From a virus, in the IMG/VR virus record IMGVR_UViG_3300010392_000634: a DNA stretch of 64,000 bases, one strand, 5' to 3'. Every line of letters starts with the position of its first letter. The stretch's first letter is position 1. Under the pieces are notes generated by a model. It saw nothing but the letters and a program-made list of their open reading frames with translations, did no database searches and had not been told where the DNA came from. A program made the position numbers and the translations under genes. This document shows, in pieces, positions 28,380-38,810 of this stretch.

Positions 28380-28733
28380 ATGGACTATAAATTAGCAGAT
28401 GCTATTCAAACAACACTCTTTTGGGTCGGATTAGGTGTATTTGTTCTGTGTTTTCTGGCATGTACCCCTATACCATTTATACTCATAACATGGCCAATCT
28501 TAGCTATTATTTCTTCTACTTATTATTGTATTGGGCTAGTAGCAAAAAAAAGATATGATGATGTACCAAGAGATATTGAACAGGTTACTAAACTAGAAGT
28601 TATTACGATTCTTTTTTGCTGCTTTTTCTGGCCAGTTGCTTTGCCCTGTTTGGGGGTATATCTAATCGGATGCATGATATCTTTTCTATGCAAGCCATTT
28701 AAAGAGGTGTTTGAATTTTTAATTAAGGAGTAG
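28380..28733 (+). CDS. membrane protein, FWP family
   Basis: Contains CFFWPVALPCLG. Confidence 0.5.
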   Translation: MDYKLADAIQTTLFWVGLGVFVLCFLACTPIPFILITWPILAIISSTYYCIGLVAKKRYDDVPRDIEQVTKLEVITILFCCFFWPVALPCLGVYLIGCMISFLCKPFKEVFEFLIKE

Positions 28734-28735
28734 AT

Positions 28736-30013
28736 ATGCTTGAGTGGCTGACAACTTATTATACAGACTTTATCGCATTCAGTAAATCAAATCCTTTATT
28801 TGCCGGTATTATAAGTGTTTGGGGATTAGGAGTTGTAACATTCTGTTTACGGACTGTTCCGAGTAAAATTTTTAATTTCATTTACAGACAGTGTACTACC
28901 AACTTAGTTCTTAATAGTTACGATAGTATCTATCATGAGTTCTTACAATGGGTGTCTGAAAACAATATGCACTCATTTGTGCGTGACCTTAACTTCAATA
29001 ATAGAGGCGTGTGGAGTGAAGGTGTTCCAATGATTAGCATAGGATATGGGAAAACGATTTTCCTATTCAAGAGACGACTCTTCGTTCTTCATAGATTCAA
29101 AGAAGAAGCTAATCAGACAATGAGACCGAAAGAAACAATCAAGATTACTTTGATTGGTAGGTCGCATCAAATTTTTAGTGAGCTATTCGATGTTATACAT
29201 GAAAGTCAGGAAGAAGAAAACTCAATCAGCGTCCATACTTGGAAAGAGGGATGGAATTACACTGCTTATCAACCAAAGCGTGATTTAGATACTGTAGTTG
29301 TAGAAGAACATATTAAACAAGATATTCTCACCTGTATTGATAATTTCATTGGTGATTCTGATTGGTATTTTAAAAATGGAATACCATATCATCTTGGGAT
29401 TATGTTTCATGGACCAAGTGGAACAGGTAAGACGAGCTTAATCAAAGCTATCTGTGCTAAATATGACCGTCCATTATATATTATTCATCTTTCTAGAATG
29501 AGCGATGATACTCTTGAAACAGCTTTGGCTGAGATTCCTATCGGTGCTGTGGTTGCAATCGAAGATATTGACACCGCTAACTTAGGTAAAAGAAATATCA
29601 GTAATAAAATTACGACAATTAAACAAAGTGGTACAATGTCTCTTGTTCGAGGAACGAGCCATGGAGACTCTGAGGCTTCTTTGACACTCGGTGGTGTATT
29701 AAATGCTCTTGATGGAATTACTACATCAGAAGGTAGAATTTTAATTGCTACCACTAATGTTTTAGACTCGCTTGATGAGGCGTTAATTCGCCCCGGAAGA
29801 TTTGATTTGACAAAAGAAATAGGTTATATGACAGACGATACTCTACGTACGTACTTGGGAAGATTTTATCCGTATGATTTTTCCAAATGGTGTGTTAATG
29901 ACAATGTTAAACCTTGTGATGTTCAGAAGTTAGTTTTTGATAACCGTAACTCGCCTGACAATGTACTTGCAGCAGTGGCACATAGGTGTGATAATGGAGG
30001 ACTTGAAGATTGA
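28736..30013 (+). CDS. AAA+ ATPase, BCS1-like
   Basis: N-terminal TM helix; Walker A GPSGTGKTS; Walker B VVAIEDID. Confidence 0.7.
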   Translation: MLEWLTTYYTDFIAFSKSNPLFAGIISVWGLGVVTFCLRTVPSKIFNFIYRQCTTNLVLNSYDSIYHEFLQWVSENNMHSFVRDLNFNNRGVWSEGVPMISIGYGKTIFLFKRRLFVLHRFKEEANQTMRPKETIKITLIGRSHQIFSELFDVIHESQEEENSISVHTWKEGWNYTAYQPKRDLDTVVVEEHIKQDILTCIDNFIGDSDWYFKNGIPYHLGIMFHGPSGTGKTSLIKAICAKYDRPLYIIHLSRMSDDTLETALAEIPIGAVVAIEDIDTANLGKRNISNKITTIKQSGTMSLVRGTSHGDSEASLTLGGVLNALDGITTSEGRILIATTNVLDSLDEALIRPGRFDLTKEIGYMTDDTLRTYLGRFYPYDFSKWCVNDNVKPCDVQKLVFDNRNSPDNVLAAVAHRCDNGGLED

Positions 30014-30963
30014 ATAAACATGAATTAATTGGAAAAGAGTTTAAGGTACTGAGTCATGGTAGTATTATGCTAGTTGACTATATGGGTAGTGACGAAGAGA
30101 TTGAGAATGCTGCTCGTATTTCATACGGTGAAGGTACAAGACCAGTAAGTGAGACGCGTACGTTGCTACGTTACCTCAAGAGACACTGGCACACTACACC
30201 ATTTGAGATGGCTGAGCTGAAATTTAAGATTAAGATGCCTATGGATGTAAACCGTCAGTGGATTCGACACCGTACTGCTAACGTTAATGAGTACAGTACA
30301 CGCTATTCAAATCCTATTGATGATACGGATACTACACCTGTATGGCGTAAGCAAAGCACAAACAACAAGCAGGGTAGTGACGGGAAAGTCACAGAATGGC
30401 CTGAAGGTTGTGAGTGGGAATGTGAAATAGAATGGCATGATACTCCCAGCAGTTTTTTATCTGAAATGGAACAGGAGACTATTAAAGCGTGTAAAAGTTT
30501 TTATGATATTACACAGCAATTTGGGGTTGCTAAAGAGGTGTCACGCAAACATCTACCTTTGAGCACCTATACTGAAATCTTCTGGAAGTGTGACCTGCAT
30601 AATATCATGCATTTTCTACGCTTACGTTGTGACTCACATGCACAACAGGAGATTCGTGAGTACGCTAACATTATGGCTGGTATTTGCAAAGAGTTATTCC
30701 CTTTAAGTATGGAAGCGTGGTACGATTACGCTCATATGTCTCGTAACTTCAGTCGTCAAGAGATGAAAATTTTGCAACACGTACTGGATAGAGAACAGAT
30801 TCGTAATTCTGGTGTACTAAAAACTCTGGCTCAACAGGTTGGATTGTACGACCCTAATCGAAAAAGTAACCGTGAGTACGATGAATTTGTGAAAAAATTT
30901 GCAGATAATTACTCTACTAGTATTGACTCTGAGTTTGAATTGCCTTATAATAAGGAAGACTAA
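30010..30963 (+). CDS. thyX: flavin-dependent thymidylate synthase ThyX
   Basis: ThyX motif RHRTANVNEYSTRYS (RHR ... S.R). Confidence 0.8.
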   Translation: MNKHELIGKEFKVLSHGSIMLVDYMGSDEEIENAARISYGEGTRPVSETRTLLRYLKRHWHTTPFEMAELKFKIKMPMDVNRQWIRHRTANVNEYSTRYSNPIDDTDTTPVWRKQSTNNKQGSDGKVTEWPEGCEWECEIEWHDTPSSFLSEMEQETIKACKSFYDITQQFGVAKEVSRKHLPLSTYTEIFWKCDLHNIMHFLRLRCDSHAQQEIREYANIMAGICKELFPLSMEAWYDYAHMSRNFSRQEMKILQHVLDREQIRNSGVLKTLAQQVGLYDPNRKSNREYDEFVKKFADNYSTSIDSEFELPYNKED

Positions 30964-31511
30964 TGAATCGACTTGATAGACATACAGTTTACCTAGCTGG
31001 AAGCATAGATGAGTCAAAAAATACTGCACACTTGTGGCGTGAAGAGATTACCAATTTTCTTCAACCATTAGGCATTGGCACATTTAATCCATGTGATAAG
31101 CCGTGTGGGAAGGTTGAAGACCCGGATTTTGTAGATTATTGCAACCAACTCAAAGCAGAAGAAAAATGGGATGAGTTGGTTAGTGAAATGACTGGGGTTG
31201 TTCGTGCAGATTTGCATATGGTTGACCTTTCTAACTTTATGATTGCTGCTATTGATAAGGATAGACATTTATGTGGTAGTTACAGTGAAATCACTTATGC
31301 TGCATTAGAGAAGAAGCCTGTTATTATTTGGTGCCCACAAGGTAAAGCACAAGTTCCTAACTGGTTGTGGGGTTTAGGTTTAAGGCATGAATTATTTTTC
31401 TCTACTTTAGATGAAGTTAAAGATTATATTACACATGTACACACATCAGATGTGGTAGATACGCTTGGTAGATGGCGTTTTATCAACTATAGAAAGGTCT
31501 TTGGTAAATGA
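30963..31511 (+). CDS. nucleoside 2-deoxyribosyltransferase-like protein (tentative)
   Basis: YLAGSI ... NP and FMIAAID ... EITYA ... KPVI resemble the NDT fold motifs. Confidence 0.4.
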   Translation: MNRLDRHTVYLAGSIDESKNTAHLWREEITNFLQPLGIGTFNPCDKPCGKVEDPDFVDYCNQLKAEEKWDELVSEMTGVVRADLHMVDLSNFMIAAIDKDRHLCGSYSEITYAALEKKPVIIWCPQGKAQVPNWLWGLGLRHELFFSTLDEVKDYITHVHTSDVVDTLGRWRFINYRKVFGK

Positions 31512-31915
31512 AACTACAGCTAACAGGAAATAACAGTGAGCAGTATTCTGGATACACTCATATCAATGTTGAAGAGATGTATAAAATGGACAACATTGCA
31601 GATAACTCTTGTGAAGATATCGTCGCATTAGGTTTTTTCCACGAGTATACTGTTCCTGAATTACAGAATGTTATCAGGGAAGTTGTTTCAAAATTGAGGC
31701 GAGGCGGAGCACTAACTTTCAATTTTGTGAACTATCATACATTCGATGTATATAAAACAGATGTGGAAACTATTAACTCAATATTGAGTTCATCTGCTAA
31801 TGTTCTTACAATCAAGTATGTAAATGAATTAATTGCCAGCTTTGGGTTAAAAATGATTACAAAAGAAACTAATCCTACTACACATGAAACAACAATTGTA
31901 GCAGAGAGGGTGTGA
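31508..31915 (+). CDS. hypothetical protein
   Basis: 135-aa ORF. Confidence 0.45.
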   Translation: MKLQLTGNNSEQYSGYTHINVEEMYKMDNIADNSCEDIVALGFFHEYTVPELQNVIREVVSKLRRGGALTFNFVNYHTFDVYKTDVETINSILSSSANVLTIKYVNELIASFGLKMITKETNPTTHETTIVAERV

Positions 31916-32841
31916 TGTATAATTTTATCAGTGTGGTAATTCCTACATACAAACCAGTATTCTTGCGTGATACTTTGAATGCGATGCGTAAGCAGAAGTA
32001 TCCTAACAATAGATATGAAGTAATTGTTGTTGAAAATCCATTAAAAACTGATGAAGTATACAACGCTTGTAAAGTATATAATGCAAAATATTACATTTCG
32101 GAGTTGGGTTCAAATTGTGCTAGGAATCTCGGCATCAATCGTTCTCAAGGTGATTGGATTGTTTTATGTGATGATGATATTCTGCCACAGAATGGGTGGC
32201 TTGCTGGGATTAACAACAGAATCAATAGTAATCCGGGGCATGGTGTATATGGAGGACCTGTTGAGATAATTTGTCAAAAAGGTAGACCTTCATGGTTATA
32301 TGGAGAGTTTCTACAATATCTGTCTGCTGTCTCTTATGGTCCATCTGTGATAGATTTTAGTGTAAACTCTGGCATGCATCTTGTGTCAGCCAACTGCTTT
32401 TTTAGCAAGGAAAAATGGGCAAAGGTAGGCGGGTTCGATGAGTCTGTAGGATATCATGGTGATAATTTAATACCTAATGATGAAGTAGAGTTCTTTTATA
32501 AGATGGCATTTGCTTCTGAAGAGAATTCCCCTTACTTGTATGATGGCGGGCTTGGCGTTGCACATATTATTAGAGATGAACGTACAAAATTAGATTGGCT
32601 CAAACGGCGATTCCATAATCAGGGTGTCGCAGACGCTAGGATGTTAGCCAAGAATAAGGACGTGCTAGATGTTTACCATGACATGTCATACAATGATAAG
32701 TTTATGAGAATGGTAGATATCAATACTGTCATGGATGTTCGCAATATTGTTCAGAATGAAGCTGTTACAAGAGAATACATCAAGAATATTATAATTTGTA
32801 AGACAGAGTATATGGTTGGTTTCAACAAAGAGTTGGCCTAG
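31912..32841 (+). CDS. glycosyltransferase family 2
   Basis: VVIPTYKP ... VLCDDD (GT-A DxD) motifs. Confidence 0.6.
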   Translation: MMYNFISVVIPTYKPVFLRDTLNAMRKQKYPNNRYEVIVVENPLKTDEVYNACKVYNAKYYISELGSNCARNLGINRSQGDWIVLCDDDILPQNGWLAGINNRINSNPGHGVYGGPVEIICQKGRPSWLYGEFLQYLSAVSYGPSVIDFSVNSGMHLVSANCFFSKEKWAKVGGFDESVGYHGDNLIPNDEVEFFYKMAFASEENSPYLYDGGLGVAHIIRDERTKLDWLKRRFHNQGVADARMLAKNKDVLDVYHDMSYNDKFMRMVDINTVMDVRNIVQNEAVTREYIKNIIICKTEYMVGFNKELA

Positions 32842-32866
32842 TTTTTTAAAAATGAAGGAGAAGAAG

Positions 32867-33292
32867 ATGTACAAGCAATTTATTCGTAACAAAGACCGTC
32901 GTCCTATCGGTGTACTTCTTGCAGAAATGCGAGATGGTAAGCTAGTTTTTGGTTGGAGCATGCATACTGGTCTACGTCGTCAGGAAATTACTGACCCAGA
33001 GACTGGTGAAGTCACTCTAACAGACCGTGCAGTATTTACTCATACTTGGGACAAAGAGTATGGCACAGACGTAGCAAAAGGACGTCTGGACATGTGTACT
33101 CGCAGTTTTCTAAATAAGGGGCTTCCAAGTCAATATTATGACATTCCAAAAATGGGTTCTGGTCAAGCAGACGCATTTATTAAGCGTGTTCGTGGTATTG
33201 AGCAACGAAAGATTCAAGAGCAGCAAGAGGAAGCTGTAGCTCAGTCTACAATTACTCTATATACTATGGAGGAAGCACTTGCTAATGGCTAA
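32867..33292 (+). CDS. hypothetical protein
   Basis: RBS AAGGAGAAGAAG; start at ATG 32867. Confidence 0.45.
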   Translation: MYKQFIRNKDRRPIGVLLAEMRDGKLVFGWSMHTGLRRQEITDPETGEVTLTDRAVFTHTWDKEYGTDVAKGRLDMCTRSFLNKGLPSQYYDIPKMGSGQADAFIKRVRGIEQRKIQEQQEEAVAQSTITLYTMEEALANG

Positions 33293-34100
33293 ATCTGGTT
33301 CTGATTGGCTTAATGCCTTTTTTCCAGAGTCATTATGGCCCCCTACTGATTCGGATTATTATGATAAGGTCATAGGGGGTTATAATTTTATTCAGGACAA
33401 GAAGGTAATAATCTGTGGTGTTTGTAAGAATATCGAGCATAATGCTAGAAATATTACTGCAAAAATAGCAACTATTGGTGAGATGTTTGGTAGCTATTCT
33501 GTGTTCATTTATGAAAATGATTCAACTGATGCGACTGTCAAAACTTTATCAGATGGATTATGTTCAAATAATATCCCAGCCACACTACGTTCAGAAAAAT
33601 TAGATGCCGCACCACACGAGCAAGACAAGTCATTGTATCGTAGACAGGTTATGGCACAAGCACGTAATAAATACTTAGAGTATGTACGTTCCGAAACTGC
33701 TGACTATGTTATCATTATGGACTTAGATATTAAGTTTGGATTCTCATATCAGGGAATTACCCACTCTTTTTCTTGCCCATTTAATGTGGTTGGTTCTAAT
33801 GGAATTATCTATGAAACATTAGAAGACGGTAATAAAGTACGACTATTTTATGACACTTGGGCCTATCGTGAGAATGGCGAAGACTTGGGAGATGAGGCTA
33901 ATCTTTTGAGATTTAATAGGGGTGAACCTTTGGTTCCTGTCGAATCTTGTTTTGGCGGATTGGCAATTTATGAGAAGAAATGGCTTGACAATGTGGAGTA
34001 CATGGACTATGATTGTGACCATGTCACCCTGCATGACCAAATCAGGGCGAACGGGGGCAAGGTGGTCTTGAATCCGTCACAAATTGTGGTCTACGAATGA
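33279..34100 (+). CDS. hypothetical protein, possible nucleotide-sugar transferase
   Basis: 273 aa; IIMDLD could be a DxD motif (weak). Confidence 0.5.
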   Translation: MLMAKSGSDWLNAFFPESLWPPTDSDYYDKVIGGYNFIQDKKVIICGVCKNIEHNARNITAKIATIGEMFGSYSVFIYENDSTDATVKTLSDGLCSNNIPATLRSEKLDAAPHEQDKSLYRRQVMAQARNKYLEYVRSETADYVIIMDLDIKFGFSYQGITHSFSCPFNVVGSNGIIYETLEDGNKVRLFYDTWAYRENGEDLGDEANLLRFNRGEPLVPVESCFGGLAIYEKKWLDNVEYMDYDCDHVTLHDQIRANGGKVVLNPSQIVVYE

Positions 34101-34108
34101 GGAATTAA

Positions 34109-34363
34109 ATGAAGTTTTGTTTTTGGTTAGTTGGATTGTGTTTCATCCTAGTTTTTAATGAAGCGGCTATCCATATGATTTTGCCAGAAGTCCAAGTAGA
34201 TGCAGCTATGCGTCAGATGGATGGGGCAGCTTTGTCATCTAGTGGTTTTACATATGCTGACAGAGCACGTCAATTGTTTGTTCCAGTATCATGTTTGGTC
34301 TGGACGTGTATTATGTATCTTGGTGATATTGTAAGTATGTTTAAAAAAGGAGAAAGTAAATGA
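34109..34363 (+). CDS. small secreted/membrane protein
   Basis: 84 aa with a hydrophobic N-terminus. Confidence 0.4.
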   Translation: MKFCFWLVGLCFILVFNEAAIHMILPEVQVDAAMRQMDGAALSSSGFTYADRARQLFVPVSCLVWTCIMYLGDIVSMFKKGESK

Positions 34364-35379
34364 AGAAGTTACTGTTATGCGTTGTTGGACTGATGGCTAC
34401 TGGTTGTATGTATGATGTTCCAGAATTCGAGATGATTGAGACATCTGAGACTGGATTCTTGATTCCTCTTGAGGGGGATACTGCTGCTCAGAAGAAAATG
34501 CCATCTAAAGATGTGTTGGAGCAACAAAAGGTTGCTACTAAACGTGTACAAATTACTCACAAATGGGTAAGTACTGGTTATCTTCCTTGGTCCGGTGAGT
34601 ATATGGACACAGTCCGACTCGTTAAAGTAGACCGTAAACCTGTCACGCGAGAGTGGACTTCTGACCCTAATAGCGGTACATCGAATCAAAATCAGGCAGT
34701 GAAAGTTGAAAGTGCTGATTCTGTTGATTTTGGAATTGGTTTTACAGTTACGGCTATGATTCTTGAGGAAGATACATCACAATTCTTGTATAACTATACA
34801 AGTAAAGATTTATCTGGTGTTGCTGACAAGGAAATCAGAAACAAGGTTCAAGAGTACGCGTCTGATTATTGTGCCAAGTTCCCTCTCGACATACTACGGG
34901 GACAAAAGGGTGAGCTGATGGCCTTTGTTCGAGAATCAATTATTCCATTCTTCAAAGAAAAAGGCATCACTATTACCTCAGTTGGAATGGCTAGTGGGTT
35001 TATGTATACAAACCAAAAGGTACAGGATGCAATTGATAAGACTGTTCAAGACCAACAGCTCAAAGTATCTGCTCTAGCAGAGAAAGATGCTCAACTTGTC
35101 AAGAATGAGACTATCAAACTTGAGGCAGAAGCTGCTGCGGAAGCTGCCAAGATTAAAGCTGAAGGTGAAGCAAACGCTATTAAGGCTGTTGCTGACGCCA
35201 AAGAGTACGAAATTCAGAAAGCAACTCAGAATACTGAAACGTATATCGAGCTGAAGCGTCTGGAAGTTGATGTCAAACGACTTGAGAAGTGGGACGGTAA
35301 ATATCCTACCTACTTTATGAGCAATGGGGAGTCACCACAGTTACTCCTCCAGACACCAAATATTCCTTCCCCTAAATAA
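34360..35379 (+). CDS. lipoprotein, possible SPFH/band-7-like
   Basis: Lipobox LMATGC; C-terminal Ala/Glu/Lys coiled-coil resembling HflK/prohibitin tails. Confidence 0.45.
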   Translation: MKKLLLCVVGLMATGCMYDVPEFEMIETSETGFLIPLEGDTAAQKKMPSKDVLEQQKVATKRVQITHKWVSTGYLPWSGEYMDTVRLVKVDRKPVTREWTSDPNSGTSNQNQAVKVESADSVDFGIGFTVTAMILEEDTSQFLYNYTSKDLSGVADKEIRNKVQEYASDYCAKFPLDILRGQKGELMAFVRESIIPFFKEKGITITSVGMASGFMYTNQKVQDAIDKTVQDQQLKVSALAEKDAQLVKNETIKLEAEAAAEAAKIKAEGEANAIKAVADAKEYEIQKATQNTETYIELKRLEVDVKRLEKWDGKYPTYFMSNGESPQLLLQTPNIPSPK

Positions 35380-35387
35380 TCGAGATG

Positions 35388-35410
35388 GCGGGGGCAACCC
35401 CGCCTTATTT
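35388..35410 (+). terminator. rho-independent terminator
   Basis: GGCGGGG-caa-CCCCGCC followed by TTATTT. Confidence 0.6.
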
Positions 35411-35422
35411 AATAGGTGTTGT

Positions 35423-35584
35423 ATGACAATCAAAGAATTAAAAGAGTATATCAAAAATCGTATTTCTCACTGTGAGGATGTTATGGTTGCTAAATGTGAT
35501 GTTGACCACATTTACAGTCAATGGTCATGGCATAAAACTGCATATCAAGATATACTCAATATGCTAGACAAAATAGATGATTAA
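35423..35584 (+). CDS. small hypothetical protein (54 aa)
   Basis: ATG 35423, in frame with ORF 35324 and downstream of the terminator. Confidence 0.35.
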   Translation: MTIKELKEYIKNRISHCEDVMVAKCDVDHIYSQWSWHKTAYQDILNMLDKIDD

Positions 35585-35649
35585 TGTCACTGGCCACACT
35601 GACGACCCAAAAGATTATAATCGCACAGTCAGCTTGGAGATTTATATAA

Positions 35650-36495
35650 ATGAAACCGAAGTGGATAATTCAGACTGATATTTTTCAAGAAAATCTTGAT
35701 ATTTTGGCAGAAGAAATCAAACGGCAGGGGATGGAATGTCGTATATATAATTACCAGCCATTTACAGACTGCCTAGATATTATCTCAGAGTACGAAGAAG
35801 GGGACTGTGTTATCGTATATGGTTCCCTTCAAATGGGAAGAGTGTTCAAGAAGAATTCAACTTTCGTCCCCGGAGTATATTGTAACCTTGACTCTTTTAA
35901 GTGTTCCAATTATTATACATACTTTGGAGATTCACTTCTAAATAGCACATATATGTTAATTCCATATGGCGATTTACTCAGACAAAAACATTTTATTTTC
36001 GATACACTTGGTTGTATAGATTATGTTTTTGTAAGACCTGACAGTGGTTTTAAAAATTTTACTGGTAATGTAATTCATAAACAGAATTGGGAGAAAGATG
36101 TTCCTTGGTTGGGTGATTATGATGTTGATTCTGATACTCTTATCTTGGTTGCTCCTTATCAGCCTGTTGATAGAGAGTGGAGGTTCGTAGTAGTTGACGA
36201 TGAGGTAGTTAGTGGCTCACAATACAGAAATGCTAGTGGTACTAAACTATCAGAAGCTGAGAAAGATATTTATGATTATGCACAGAAAGCTGTTACACAT
36301 GCTATTCATGCTGGGTTTTTAACAGATAGAGCATGGTGTATCGATATCTGTGAAACAAAAGACTCATTAAATGTCTTGGAAATTGGATGTTTCAGTTGTG
36401 CCGGATTATATGTTGCACCGAAAGAGCCGATTGTAAGAGAGGTTAGTAGGGCAGCATTAGAAGAGTTTCAAGAATTTCAAGAATACGGAGGCTGA
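35650..36495 (+). CDS. hypothetical protein, possibly ATP-grasp-like
   Basis: 281 aa; REWRFVVVDDEVVSG resembles an ATP-grasp C-domain strand (weak). Confidence 0.5.
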   Translation: MKPKWIIQTDIFQENLDILAEEIKRQGMECRIYNYQPFTDCLDIISEYEEGDCVIVYGSLQMGRVFKKNSTFVPGVYCNLDSFKCSNYYTYFGDSLLNSTYMLIPYGDLLRQKHFIFDTLGCIDYVFVRPDSGFKNFTGNVIHKQNWEKDVPWLGDYDVDSDTLILVAPYQPVDREWRFVVVDDEVVSGSQYRNASGTKLSEAEKDIYDYAQKAVTHAIHAGFLTDRAWCIDICETKDSLNVLEIGCFSCAGLYVAPKEPIVREVSRAALEEFQEFQEYGG

Positions 36496-36520
36496 CTTGG
36501 ATTACTATGACTTGGGTAGA

Positions 36521-36667
36521 ATGTATAAACAAGCAAGCGAAGAAGTAAATGACTTTGTAGACTTGCATGAAGAGTTCCATACTATGTATGATGATTTTTA
36601 CGACACTATTGAAGATGCTTTAGAGAGAGAGTATAACGCTGAATGGACAGAGGAAGAGACGATTTAG
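36521..36667 (+). CDS. small acidic protein (48 aa)
   Basis: Short ORF in the gap; overlaps the annotated start of the next gene. Confidence 0.25.
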   Translation: MYKQASEEVNDFVDLHEEFHTMYDDFYDTIEDALEREYNAEWTEEETI

Positions 36668-38019
36668 CTGTTTTTGTTCTTGGCGATGTAGTTCCAGCAA
36701 CTTACTTGCCAGAGATTGTAATCAATGTAAACTCTATTGGTGAAATTACTAAACATGTCTTTCACCTGCCACAACATATCAAAAAAATTGCATTTATAGA
36801 TGACAGAACCGTGTTTACAAATAGACACTGGATTACAGAGGCATCAAACCTGTTAGATAGATGTGAAACATGTCAATTGTTCGAGTCTGTATATAATGTT
36901 GATTCAGAAGGTAGAATGAAATTCGCTAATCATAGTGTTGCATACAGATATGTTAACAGGATGGATGGTGATTTATCTACTTATGATTATGGATTCGCGT
37001 GGGCTGCTAATAGAAATTGGGTTGAACAAATTGGATTAGTCCGTTTGGATGTTATGACTCCAATCTTCTGTAATTATGAGTCTAACAACAATTTATCTAC
37101 GTTAGAAAAACAATGGATTAATCGTTCAGAAAGAATCAAAGGCAATACAGGATGCGTCAGAGGCTCAATTCTATTACAAGATTATCATGAATACAGACAT
37201 ATCGCCAGATTTGTAAATTTAGCAGAATATGAACCTGTACCTGTTGAATGTGATGTGATAATCCCATATTGCCAAAACAACGTTAGATGGCTAAGAGAGT
37301 CCATTGACTCTGTTCTTAATCAGAGTGGATGTAATTCTGTTGTCCATGTTATCGCAGATGGATTTGAACCAGACGCTTTTCTATTCGACATGCCTATCCA
37401 CTTATACATGAACGAGAAAACATGTGGACCTTATGTCAGTGCGAATCGCGTATTCCGTTTTATGGAAACTGACTATATTGCAATCCAAGACAGTGATGAT
37501 ATTGCATTGCCTCATAGACTACATTTTTCTATCAATGAAATGCTAAGAAATGGTACTGAGATGTTTGGTGCTGGCATGAGACAATTTGCATCTTATGAGA
37601 CAGCAGATGAAGAGTCTATTGATTATGTTAATAAGGCTCCATTCCACATTTCATCTAAAAATCTGACTTGGTCTATATCCCCTTATGGAGTGGTAATTAA
37701 TGGTACTCGTGTAATGACAAAACAATTGTTCGAAGAAATGAATGGTTTCGGAAATTATTTTATGTCTGGCGACTGCGAATTCACTACTCGATGCTACAAT
37801 TATGATAGAAAAATCAGCACAAGCGATGAGATTGTTGCATTAAGACGTGTTCATGGCATGAGCTTATCACGTGGAAAAGATTATGGCCTGAAATCTAAAA
37901 TTAGGGAATCATTACACGATGATATTGCTGTATCAATTCGTGATATGAAAACATTACCGAAAGAAAATTTTGGCAATCTGAAAAATGATTACCGTAGTAA
38001 TATTCAGAGGCTTAAATGA
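36643..38019 (+). CDS. glycosyltransferase-domain protein
   Basis: 458 aa; central CDVIIPYCQNN ... SVLNQ is a GT2-like motif; start uncertain. Confidence 0.5.
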   Translation: MDRGRDDLAVFVLGDVVPATYLPEIVINVNSIGEITKHVFHLPQHIKKIAFIDDRTVFTNRHWITEASNLLDRCETCQLFESVYNVDSEGRMKFANHSVAYRYVNRMDGDLSTYDYGFAWAANRNWVEQIGLVRLDVMTPIFCNYESNNNLSTLEKQWINRSERIKGNTGCVRGSILLQDYHEYRHIARFVNLAEYEPVPVECDVIIPYCQNNVRWLRESIDSVLNQSGCNSVVHVIADGFEPDAFLFDMPIHLYMNEKTCGPYVSANRVFRFMETDYIAIQDSDDIALPHRLHFSINEMLRNGTEMFGAGMRQFASYETADEESIDYVNKAPFHISSKNLTWSISPYGVVINGTRVMTKQLFEEMNGFGNYFMSGDCEFTTRCYNYDRKISTSDEIVALRRVHGMSLSRGKDYGLKSKIRESLHDDIAVSIRDMKTLPKENFGNLKNDYRSNIQRLK

Positions 38020-38810
38020 TTAGTATAGCAAATCTAGAAATCCATGTTGCCCATAGTTGTAACCTATTTTGTAATCAATGTACTCATTACAGTAATTTTA
38101 GCCATAAAGGAGTTTTAAGTGCAGAAGAAGCAGATAGACAGATGGCTTTGTGGTCTGATAGAATTTCTCCTAGAATGTTCTCAATGCTTGGTGGAGAGCC
38201 TGCTGTAAACAAAGAGTTATGTGATATTGTCCGTATTGCCCGTAAACACTGGAAAAATAAGATGCAGTTGGTATCCAATGGTTTTCTTTTAAAGAATCAT
38301 CCTGATTTACCAAAAGTGTTAATTGATACTGACTGCAATTTGGAAATCTCAGTACATCATAACTCTGAAGAATATCAAGAGAAATTCAGACCTGTACGAG
38401 AACTTCTGCTAGAATGGCAGGAAAAATGGGGCATCCAGTTGAATATCAGACAGTCTGTAGATAGATGGACTCGCACCTATCAAGGTTCTGGCTCAGATAT
38501 GAAGCCTTATAACGATAGAAAACCAGAGCAGAGTTGGAAGGTCTGTCGAGCAAAATGGTGCCCCCAAATATTAGATGGGAAAATCTATAAGTGCCCACAG
38601 CTTGCATACCTACCAATGCAGCTAGAAAAAATTGGAATCACAGAGGGGTGGGAAAATTACTTACTGTACAAGCCTATCGAACCGGATTGCACGTACAGAG
38701 AACTAGAAGAGTTCTTAAATAGGAAAGCAGAATACTACTGCAATATGTGCCCTGCTTATCCAGAGCTATTTCAGTTACAGAACCCATTAAGGAAAACTGA
38801 TGAACAGTAG
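38016..38810 (+). CDS. radical SAM / SPASM-domain protein
   Basis: CNLFCNQCTHY (CxxxCxxC) plus a C-terminal Cys cluster CRAKWCPQ ... CPQLAYLP ... CNMCPAYPE. Confidence 0.65.
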   Translation: MISIANLEIHVAHSCNLFCNQCTHYSNFSHKGVLSAEEADRQMALWSDRISPRMFSMLGGEPAVNKELCDIVRIARKHWKNKMQLVSNGFLLKNHPDLPKVLIDTDCNLEISVHHNSEEYQEKFRPVRELLLEWQEKWGIQLNIRQSVDRWTRTYQGSGSDMKPYNDRKPEQSWKVCRAKWCPQILDGKIYKCPQLAYLPMQLEKIGITEGWENYLLYKPIEPDCTYRELEEFLNRKAEYYCNMCPAYPELFQLQNPLRKTDEQ

